Positions 26,081-32,831 of a stretch of 41,147 nucleotides of DNA are shown here, one piece after another. The stretch's first letter is position 1. The number at the start of each line of letters is the position of its first letter. The translations under genes and the position numbers were made by a program. The notes below the pieces were generated by a model that was given only the letters and a program-made list of their open reading frames with translations, was not told where the DNA came from and made no database searches. Origin of the DNA: a virus; the IMG/VR virus record IMGVR_UViG_3300045988_064331, positions 1 through 41,147 of that record, one strand, 5' to 3'.

Positions 26081-26235
26081 CGGCCGCTCCATCCGGCGAA
26101 GAATCCGGCAATGCCTGCCGCGACGGCGAATCCCGCCGCCATGATGTGCATGCCGCCGAACGTGCTCGTGGCCGAGACGACGGCGAACAGCATGGATGTG
26201 ATGGCAAGTTTTCTTTGTTTGCTCATGATGCTCAT
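26077..26235 (-). CDS. Small membrane protein (52 aa, two hydrophobic segments; not in the ORF track)
   Basis: MSIMSKQRKLAITSMLFAVVSATSTFGGMHIMAAGFAVAAGIAGFFAGWSGR; its stop overlaps the xis-like start. Confidence 0.45.
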   Translation of the reverse strand: MSIMSKQRKLAITSMLFAVVSATSTFGGMHIMAAGFAVAAGIAGFFAGWSGR

Positions 26236-26260
26236 GGAACCCTTTGATACGATTGGATGG

Positions 26261-26295
26261 GGTTCCGGCTAGTTGGGATAGCCGGAACCTTTTTT
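26261..26295 (+). terminator. Textbook plus-strand terminator in a minus-strand gene block
   Basis: GGTTCCGGCT-agttgggat-AGCCGGAACC followed by T6. There is no U-tract on the minus strand. Confidence 0.6.
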
Positions 26296-26410
26296 ACTTG
26301 CGCTTGCGGTGCCTGCCTTCTGGTGGCGGGTCGTCGCGCAGGCCAAGCCAGATGGTCACCGCTATCGAGACCCAGCTGGTGATTAGCTGCAGCCAGTCCT
26401 TGGGTTCCAT
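26294..26410 (-). CDS. Small hydrophobic peptide (38 aa, one TM segment, basic C-terminus; not in the ORF track)
   Basis: AAGGAGG 5 nt before the ATG: MEPKDWLQLITSWVSIAVTIWLGLRDDPPPEGRHRKRK. Confidence 0.5.
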   Translation of the reverse strand: MEPKDWLQLITSWVSIAVTIWLGLRDDPPPEGRHRKRK

Positions 26411-26538
26411 GTTCACCTCCTTTCCTTGATATAAACTATATTAGCATAGTAAATAAAGTATTGCAAGTCGAAACACAAAAAACAGAGAAAAAATCAACGG
26501 ATTGATAGACTTGATGCCACGCAAACGAAGGGGCGAGC

Positions 26539-26934
26539 ATGGCCTACACGATCAGACAATACGCCACCAAAGCCGGAAAAAGATACGAAGTCAGATACCG
26601 CAAGCCGGACGGCACGCCGACCGGCAAAAGAGGATTCCGCCGCAAAATGGACGCCGAGGCGTGGGGAGACCAGCACGTCAACGCCGCCAAAAGGGACGGC
26701 AGCTTCGTGGACCAGTCAGCCGGCCGCACGTTGGTGTCTGACATCTACGCCGAGTGGATGGATTCACGGCGTCCGATCCTCAAGCCAAACACCATCCGCA
26801 CCGACGAAGCCACTTGGAAGACGCATGTGGAGCCGGAATACGCCGCACGGCATAGGGAACCATGTGGCGGCCTTCATAGACATAACCGCAATCAGCAATC
26901 TCAGGAAAACCCAATCAAGCAGGTACAACCCTAA
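26539..26934 (+). pseudogene. int: Tyrosine integrase remnant (N-terminal arm-binding/SAM-like part only)
   Basis: MAYTIRQYATKAGKRYEVRYRKPDGTPTGKRGFRRKMDAEAW...ATWKTHVEPEY is a typical phage integrase N-terminus. After about codon 105 it degenerates, and no catalytic R..HxxR..Y domain occurs in any frame. GC drops after ~26870. Confidence 0.75.
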
Positions 26935-26963
26935 TAATCTTCTTTATGTGGATTGCATCATCA

Positions 26964-27040
26964 TGTTGACCGAACACGAGGACATTCGACCATCGTGGTC
27001 GAAAACGCGGTCATAAAACGGTCAAAAAAGGTCGAATGGC
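26964..27040 (+). repeat. Cluster of GGTC(G/A)(A/T)AA direct repeats plus a GACCA-tcg-TGGTC palindrome
   Basis: GGTCGAAAAC 26997, GGTCATAAAAC 27009, GGTCAAAAAA 27020 and GGTCGAATGG 27030 (spacing 12, 11, 10). Palindrome at 26988-27000, and an inverted TTGACCGAAC at 26965. Confidence 0.7.
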
Positions 27041-27061
27041 ACAACCGTCATCATGGCCGAA

Positions 27062-27547
27062 TCAGACGCCAAGGCACTCCCTGGCCCATCGTTCCACTGC
27101 GGCATTCTCCGCATCGTCGCCCAGTAGGAGCAGAAACCCAGCGTTCTTACCAAGCGAAGCAGGTTCGATGGTCTTGATGATGCCGCGATCACGCAGGAAC
27201 ACCCAAGCGTCACTGATGCTTTTCTGGATGCTGTTCTCGCGGGTCTTCATCTTCGCCTCCGCATTGCCACCCATCGCCTGTTCGGGAGTAAGCATCACCA
27301 TTCCAAGCGAGTCTGAGATAGCACGCCATCCAAGCGTGTAGTAGCGGCATGGCACTTTCTTATCCATGAGCTTCTTTGGAGGACAATTGTTCTCACTATC
27401 CCAATCGTAGGTTTGCGAAGCCATGAACATGAGGACGAGTTCGGCGTTCTTGTTGAGGGTCATGTTATCGCCACGTCGAATCGCCATGCGACCGGCACGG
27501 TTGACGTCGTATACGGCTTGCATGTTCTTGTAGCCCATATTTTCCAC
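27062..27547 (-). CDS. Hypothetical lysogeny-module protein (possible winged-helix)
   Basis: 161 aa with coding-like composition and lower GC. It sits between the int remnant and the repressor block. Confidence 0.4.
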   Translation of the reverse strand: MENMGYKNMQAVYDVNRAGRMAIRRGDNMTLNKNAELVLMFMASQTYDWDSENNCPPKKLMDKKVPCRYYTLGWRAISDSLGMVMLTPEQAMGGNAEAKMKTRENSIQKSISDAWVFLRDRGIIKTIEPASLGKNAGFLLLLGDDAENAAVERWARECLGV

Positions 27548-27615
27548 GTGTCTTTCCCTCCATGCCTAGCGCTATGCTGATGCACGGAGAATCTATGCAA
27601 ACTGGTTTTCCGATT

Positions 27616-27651
27616 GCCCTTGTCGCTGTTCGAGAGCGGCAAGGGCTTTTT
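27616..27651 (+). terminator. Plus-strand terminator-like hairpin in the leader of the minus-strand gene
   Basis: GCCCTTGTCGCT-gttcgag-AGCGGCAAGGGC followed by TTTTT. Confidence 0.5.
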
Positions 27652-27845
27652 GCTACTTTCGCCTATAACTCTAACTCTACACATGGACATAATTACAACT
27701 ACTGTCGGGTAGTAGCTACTGATAGTTTGTCGGTGTAGCTCCAGTTACATGTATATAAGTATGTACATGGTTATACATTCTTCTTACATTGTGCGTTTGC
27801 CATGATTTTGCCAATTAAAAAGCGCAAACGGTCAGAAAAAGGGCA

Positions 27846-27876
27846 TGAAAAACCCGCCTGCAACAAAACAGACGGG
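27846..27876 (-). terminator. Minus-strand terminator after the membrane-protein gene
   Basis: The minus strand reads CCCGTCTG-ttttgttg-CAGGCGGG followed by TTTTTCATGCCCTTTTT. Confidence 0.6.
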
Positions 27877-27893
27877 CACGAGAAAAACATGAT

Positions 27894-28256
27894 TCACATA
27901 GGACTGCTGGCGAGAGTGATAATCATAGTCAGGAAGCATACGCCGACAGCGACTCCAATCACAATCCAACAATTTCGCACATGAATGGAATTACGCGACT
28001 CGATATAGTCCAGAGCCTTCGCCCTCACATTCCGCTCGATGGCATCTGGTGCGGAATCGGTCTTGGCCGTAATCTCATACAATTCATGCAATGTCGGCTT
28101 GCCGCCGTCCACATCGTCGATGCGTTCCAACTCATACTGGGTACGCCAGTCAATCAACCCGGACATGCGAATGCCGTTTCTCACCGCCGTCTGGATCAGC
28201 AGAACGAACGCGGCCATACCGATGGCGATGCCGGCGATAACGCATATAATTTCCAT
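27894..28256 (-). CDS. Membrane protein (N- and C-terminal TM segments); candidate superinfection-exclusion factor
   Basis: AAGGAGG 5 nt before the ATG (MEIICVIAGIAIGMAAFVLLI...CWIVIGVAVGVCFLTMIITL). Located in the prophage-expressed block next to ImmA and the repressor. Confidence 0.5.
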   Translation of the reverse strand: MEIICVIAGIAIGMAAFVLLIQTAVRNGIRMSGLIDWRTQYELERIDDVDGGKPTLHELYEITAKTDSAPDAIERNVRAKALDYIESRNSIHVRNCWIVIGVAVGVCFLTMIITLASSPM

Positions 28257-28323
28257 GATGTCCTCCTTGCTTTCCTGCAATATGTCTCAACAAGGATTAT
28301 CTCCCCAATTGACGGCTGATGAA

Positions 28324-28734
28324 TCATGGACGTTTCTCGAACAGGCCATCCTTGAGAATCTGCCTGTAATCCGCGAGAACCTGCATGGTCACGTCCAGCT
28401 CCGCCGCCATATGCCAGGTGTCGCCGTCCCACAGCTCTTCGGCCATGGCGAACTCGACCGGGCTTATCAGCATCAACGCCGTCTCGCGACGCGCCCTACG
28501 CTCGCACTTCACGCCGAACCGCGTGCCGCAGCCAAGATCACGATACTTCGCGTGCACAAGCTCATGGCATAGGGTGCAGAGCCTCTGCCGGTCGTTCAAC
28601 CAGTCGGCAAGCCATATCGTCCGCAGCCGGTCGCAGTACAGGCCGCAGGTAGTGCCTGGAATATCGGATTCCAAAACCTTCAAACCCATGTGCTCGGCCT
28701 GACATTCCAAAACGTCGATGGTGATTCGAGACAT
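28324..28734 (-). CDS. ImmA/IrrE-family zinc metallopeptidase
   Basis: HExxH motif CHELVHAKY, downstream of and co-oriented with the XRE repressor. Confidence 0.7.
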   Translation of the reverse strand: MSRITIDVLECQAEHMGLKVLESDIPGTTCGLYCDRLRTIWLADWLNDRQRLCTLCHELVHAKYRDLGCGTRFGVKCERRARRETALMLISPVEFAMAEELWDGDTWHMAAELDVTMQVLADYRQILKDGLFEKRP

Positions 28735-28800
28735 TGTTCCCTTCGTATTATTAGGCGGCGGCATCATGATTGAATACCGCCGCCATATTCGTTGATGTCG

Positions 28801-29214
28801 TCAGTCTTCCGGTGTTTCGGCTTCGAGTCTCGCGTTCGGATCGTCGTTCGCGGCCATGTCGAATTCTTCACGGTAGATGATCGGACTGTTCACCCAGTCG
28901 GCGTCAGCGTTTTCCTTGAGACGGCGTGCGAGTTCCTGGAGCAGCTCGTCATTCGAAGCGTCATGCAGTCTTGCGACGGTCCTTCCGTTAGCCATCTCGT
29001 CGGCTCTTATATATCCGAACTCAACCAGAGCCTCTACGGGATTTTCGCTATATGCTCTAGCGATGATGATTACCGACTCGGCGCTGAACTCGCATCCTTT
29101 GTTGTATTGACGCCAGAGGGTTGAGACGCTGAGTCCGGTCTTGTTGCTGATTTCATTGATCGCCGCATCATGCGTTAGCTGTGCGAAATATGTTTTCTTA
29201 TCCATGTATTTCAT
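28801..29214 (-). CDS. XRE-family HTH repressor (CI-like)
   Basis: AINEISNKTGLSVSTLWRQYNKG HTH; divergent from the cro-like gene across an operator-rich 127-bp region. Confidence 0.75.
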   Translation of the reverse strand: MKYMDKKTYFAQLTHDAAINEISNKTGLSVSTLWRQYNKGCEFSAESVIIIARAYSENPVEALVEFGYIRADEMANGRTVARLHDASNDELLQELARRLKENADADWVNSPIIYREEFDMAANDDPNARLEAETPED

Positions 29215-29263
29215 TATGAAATAAAAAGTCTTTCATGTCAACACGCCGAAAAGGTGTTTCGAC

Positions 29264-29293
29264 TTGAAAAATCTCTTTTCACTGTGGTATATT
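29264..29293 (+). promoter_or_regulatory. Early rightward promoter (sigma-70 type)
   Basis: TTGAAA (29264-29269), an 18-nt spacer, then TGGTATATT as an extended -10 (TATATT 29288-29293). Confidence 0.55.
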
Positions 29294-29295
29294 AC

Positions 29296-29310
29296 TTTTC
29301 AAGTTGAAAA
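29296..29310. promoter_or_regulatory. Operator-like perfect palindrome TTTTCAA-G-TTGAAAA
   Basis: Read directly in the sequence. A related TTTCGA-C-TTGAAA lies at 29257-29269, overlapping the -35. Confidence 0.55.
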
Positions 29311-29341
29311 ACAAAATGCTTCACAATGAAAGGAATCACTG

Positions 29342-29566
29342 ATGGCTGAATACAAAATGCAGTTCCGAGACGGCTTCCTAGACCGAACCAAACAAATGAG
29401 CGGCCTCAAAACGGACGAAGCCTTCGCCGGAGCAATAGGAGTCAGCGAAAGCGTCCTAGCCAGAGCCAAAAAAACAAACGAATGCACACCACTCATGCTC
29501 ATAGGACTCTACAAAGCATTCGGCTTCCAACCCGGAGAAATCGCCCAAATCAAACAAACTGCCTAA
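29342..29566 (+). CDS. Cro-like XRE-family HTH regulator
   Basis: MSGLKTDEAFAGAIGVSESVLARAKK HTH; first rightward gene. Confidence 0.7.
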   Translation: MAEYKMQFRDGFLDRTKQMSGLKTDEAFAGAIGVSESVLARAKKTNECTPLMLIGLYKAFGFQPGEIAQIKQTA

Positions 29567-29762
29567 CCACACCACACAACGCCAACGAGCAAAAGGACAA
29601 CCAATGAAAATCACCACACCACACGCCACTCTCGACGGACGAAATCGAAAAAGCGGCATCCATGCTCGACATGGAACCTGAAAACCTCGTCATGCTCCTC
29701 ATCCAGCCAATCGACAGCATCAAACAATTCAAAGCCTGAAATCCACACCAAAGGAGCATCCG

Positions 29763-29987
29763 ATGGACAGCAAGACCTACAACAAAGACCTGCGCAAGAC
29801 CTGCGTGGAAGCCGTCTTCGACGAATTCGCCGAGCATGGCGACATGATTCGCCCGCAATACGCGGAACAGTGGGATGAAATCGACGCGAGCCGGTTCCTC
29901 GGCCACATCACCGGACCGATGGACATCGACGTGCCCGATCTCGTGGACGTCATCATCGACACGATCGTCAAGGAAGCGCAGAAATGA
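29763..29987 (+). CDS. Hypothetical early protein (acidic)
   Basis: Coding-like composition; ATGA overlap with the next gene. Confidence 0.4.
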   Translation: MDSKTYNKDLRKTCVEAVFDEFAEHGDMIRPQYAEQWDEIDASRFLGHITGPMDIDVPDLVDVIIDTIVKEAQK

Positions 29988-30199
29988 CCAGCCAACTACT
30001 CAACCCGCCAAAACCGCCGACGCTCCACGAGACAGGAAGCCTGCTGCTCGCATCAAGCGGCTTCTACATCCGCTTCCATGAGGATGGCAGCGCCAGTCTC
30101 GTGGACGGCATCCAAGACGTCACCCTCGCTGACTTCACGCCAGCGGAAATCGAAGGCATCGCCTACAACCTCTCCAACAAGATCGGAGCGACAAGATGA
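29984..30199 (+). CDS. Hypothetical early protein
   Basis: Translationally coupled chain of small ORFs. Confidence 0.35.
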   Translation: MTSQLLNPPKPPTLHETGSLLLASSGFYIRFHEDGSASLVDGIQDVTLADFTPAEIEGIAYNLSNKIGATR

Positions 30200-30408
30200 C
30201 CAACCACGGCAGCAACCACGAAGTCAGGAAGCCGAACTACACGCTCCGACGCATCAAGACCTTGCTCGCCATCATCGCCTGCACCGCATCGGCGACCCTG
30301 CTGTTCACTTGGCGGACGGCGGATTCGCAGGCCGCGACCATCCTCGTGAGCGTCATCTACATTCTGACCGGCCTATGGCTGACCGTGCGGTTCGCCCCAC
30401 GCGACTAA
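30196..30408 (+). CDS. Small membrane protein (two TM segments)
   Basis: LLAIIACTASATLLFTW and ATILVSVIYILTGLWLTV. Confidence 0.4.
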   Translation: MTNHGSNHEVRKPNYTLRRIKTLLAIIACTASATLLFTWRTADSQAATILVSVIYILTGLWLTVRFAPRD

Positions 30409-30850
30409 AGACTTCCCACCAGCCGACAGTCCAACAAAACAAACCAATTAGGGACGTTTTTCGCGGACATCCACGTTCACCATGTCGGCTGGCGGGAACA
30501 CATATAACTGAATATCGACAAACAACAAATTCGCCACGGCGTTTACATGCACATCACTCTGTCGTGGCTTCGGCTGGACGACGGTTCGCCCGTCCACGGA
30601 TTCCAATCTTCTTCTCTCTAACTATCAAGAAGCAGGCATTCCGGTGCTTGCAAACCCCTTCAAGTCCGCCTGACGGCTTCCATCGCCGTCGGCCACGCCA
30701 CCGACCGCGAACACGTTCAGGTCTGTGTTCCAACAGTCAAAGGGGCGCTCGGAATCCAAGGACGGCATCGGTTCGACTCCGACGCCAGCCACTCAGCCCC
30801 ATCCACTCGTCATGGTGGGGCACACAACGGCAACAAGCAAAGGAAAAACA

Positions 30851-31630
30851 ATGAGCACTGAAATCCAGCGATTCGAGTTCAAGGGCGCGGCACTGCGCAC
30901 CCTGACCGACGAGGCGAGCGAACCATGGTTCGTCGCCAAGGACGCATGCGACATCCTCGGTATTGACACAAATCATCTCCGCGAAGCTCTTGATGATGAC
31001 GAAATCACAAACCTCCGTAATTCGGAGGTTTGGAATCAGCCAGGGCGTGCGCCTCTCATCATCTCTGAGCCCGGCCTGTACAAGCTCATCATGCGTTCGC
31101 GGAAGCCGGAAGCCAAGGAGTTTCAGCGTTGGGTGACGCATGAGGTGCTGCCGCAGATCCGCAAGACCGGCGGCTACATTCCCACCACGGACGCGGACGA
31201 TGACATGACCATCCTGGCGAAGGCCGTGATGATCGGCCAACGCACCATGGAGGAGCAGAAGCGACGCATCGCCGAACAGTCCGAGCATATCAAGGCGTTG
31301 GAGCCGAAAGCACGGTTCGCGGACGCCGTGGCCGCGTCGGACGGTACGTGCCTGATCGGAGAACTGGCGAAGATGTTACGCCAGAACGGTTTGGACATCG
31401 GCCAGAACCGCCTTTTCGAGATTCTCCGACAGGACGGCTACTTGGGCAAGACCGGCTCGAACCGCAACGTGCCGACCCAGAAGGCCATGGACTTGGGACT
31501 GTTCCGAATCAAGGAAACCGCCATCACCCATTCGGACGGCCACGTGACCATCAACCGCACCGCGAAGGTCACCGGCAAAGGCCAGACGTACTTCATCAGC
31601 CGCTACTGCCCATCCGATGACGATGAGTGA
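30851..31630 (+). CDS. Antirepressor (Bro-N domain plus KilA-C/ANT domain)
   Basis: FEFKGAALRTLTDEASEPWFVAKDACDILGI...LYKLIMRSRKPEAKEFQRWVTHEVLPQIRKTGGY, then ...ARFADAVAASDGTCLIGELAKML. Confidence 0.8.
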   Translation: MSTEIQRFEFKGAALRTLTDEASEPWFVAKDACDILGIDTNHLREALDDDEITNLRNSEVWNQPGRAPLIISEPGLYKLIMRSRKPEAKEFQRWVTHEVLPQIRKTGGYIPTTDADDDMTILAKAVMIGQRTMEEQKRRIAEQSEHIKALEPKARFADAVAASDGTCLIGELAKMLRQNGLDIGQNRLFEILRQDGYLGKTGSNRNVPTQKAMDLGLFRIKETAITHSDGHVTINRTAKVTGKGQTYFISRYCPSDDDE

Positions 31631-31844
31631 CGATCTGCTCACGCCAACCGAACTGGCCGCCATGCTCGGCATGAGCGTACGCACCCTCGCAAACTGGCGC
31701 AGCACAGGCAAAGGCCCGCCATATCTGAAAATCGGCGTGGAACCGCCGGAAGGACATCAGGACAGGCGCAAAGTCAGATACCAACGCGCCGTGGCCGAAC
31801 GGTGGGCTTCGGCGCACGAATACCGGAGGACGGTGGCGAGATGA
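31617..31844 (+). CDS. MerR/excisionase-type HTH DNA-binding protein
   Basis: LLTPTELAAMLGMSVRTLANWRSTGKGPPYLKIG. Confidence 0.6.
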   Translation: MTMSDDLLTPTELAAMLGMSVRTLANWRSTGKGPPYLKIGVEPPEGHQDRRKVRYQRAVAERWASAHEYRRTVAR

Positions 31845-32020
31845 AAAAACGGCATGCTCGTTCCGGCTCACGGGTTACAAGCAGTCCGACCGTCACAAGC
31901 GACGGGAAAGCACGCGTCGACACCGGCAAACCGACCCTCACACAGCGGGGAATCGACGTGGACGCTTTCATCCGCAAAAACAGGCGATTGATCGAAAAAC
32001 TCAGGAAAGGAACACGTTGA
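31841..32020 (+). CDS. Hypothetical small basic protein
   Basis: ATGA overlap; 59 aa. Confidence 0.3.
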   Translation: MKKRHARSGSRVTSSPTVTSDGKARVDTGKPTLTQRGIDVDAFIRKNRRLIEKLRKGTR

Positions 32021-32676
32021 AACACGAATACACAGCCGACGAGCTCGCCGAACTGAAGAGAATCTACGACGAATCGGGCGAAGCGGGACTCAATATCCAC
32101 GAAATGCGGGCGTTACGCAAGGCCGGACTCCTCACGCAGAGTCTACCGGAGAAACCGGCGGAACCGTCAAAACGCGATCTCATTCTCGCGCACTGCAGGA
32201 AACGCATCGACCAAGGCCAAACGTTCGACGGCAAGGAAACCGCCGAATCGCTCAACCTAAGCCAGAAAACGGTCGGCAACATTCTCGGCCAACTCCGCAA
32301 GGAAGGACTATTGCCGGCCTACGACAAGCGTTCACCACGCAAGACAACACGGAAAACAACCACAACCGGAAAGAAGAAAGAAACCATGACCACCACATCG
32401 AAAATCACAGCGGACAACGTCACCGAATCGAAAATCGCAGCAACCGACATCATCACAGCGAAACTCCCCACTGCGGAGATGGCACCGGAAAAAGAGCGCG
32501 AGCATACACGCGCCGCCATCACGGACGCGCTGGTCTACATCTACGACGCCATCAGCGCTCTGCAGAAAACCGCGTTCCAAACCAACGACAAAGTCGTCTA
32601 CGGATTCGCCACGAAACTCCTCAACGGCGAACTCATGGACTTGAAAGCCAACTACAGCAAGGACGTGGCGAAATGA
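32017..32676 (+). CDS. Hypothetical protein with a putative HTH (NLSQKTVGNILGQLRKEG)
   Basis: The TTG start overlaps the upstream stop; coding-like composition. Confidence 0.4.
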   Translation: MKHEYTADELAELKRIYDESGEAGLNIHEMRALRKAGLLTQSLPEKPAEPSKRDLILAHCRKRIDQGQTFDGKETAESLNLSQKTVGNILGQLRKEGLLPAYDKRSPRKTTRKTTTTGKKKETMTTTSKITADNVTESKIAATDIITAKLPTAEMAPEKEREHTRAAITDALVYIYDAISALQKTAFQTNDKVVYGFATKLLNGELMDLKANYSKDVAK

Positions 32677-32831
32677 GACTCAATTTCGACAGCAAGGATG
32701 GCGTTTTCGCCATCAAAGCCGAAAGCGAAGAGGAAAAAACCGCGCTCAAAATGTCGGCACCTGCCATCTGCGATCTCATCATCGATTTTTTTAACGGTGA
32801 AGTCCAGGAAATGAAGGTGGCGAAGGAATGA
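32673..32831 (+). CDS. Hypothetical small protein (52 aa, not in the ORF track)
   Basis: ATGA overlaps at both ends: MRLNFDSKDGVFAIKAESEEEKTALKM... Confidence 0.35.
   Translation: MRLNFDSKDGVFAIKAESEEEKTALKMSAPAICDLIIDFFNGEVQEMKVAKE

Noticed and set aside
27740-27795. A dif-like XerC/D site (IMEX-type integration) in the AT-rich palindromic stretch.
   Set aside because: TACATGTATATAAGTATGTACAT shares only a TGTATA-like centre with dif consensus sequences as I remember them. The flanking 11-bp arms do not match, and I cannot compare with the host dif.
29604-29740. A small early gene between cro and 29763: MKITTPH... in one frame and ...PLSTDEIEKAASMLDMEPENLVMLLIQPIDSIKQFKA in the +1 frame.
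   Set aside because: The protein-like part has no start codon in its own frame before the internal ATG (25 aa), and the upstream ATG frame stops after 25 codons. It may be a frameshifted small gene, but the evidence is too thin to annotate.
30755-30795. A complete tRNA gene.
   Set aside because: Only a T-arm-like hairpin (GGTTCGACTCC) is present. Numbering back from the putative acceptor end gives no pairing anticodon stem, D-arm or 5' acceptor strand. It is kept only as a tRNA-like fragment in the findings.
30078-30854. 258-aa plus-strand ORF spanning the early small genes and the ORF-free region.
   Set aside because: It has Arg/Pro/His-rich low-complexity composition. It overlaps two better-supported coupled small genes in other frames (29984-30199 and 30196-30408) and then runs through hairpin-rich non-coding DNA.
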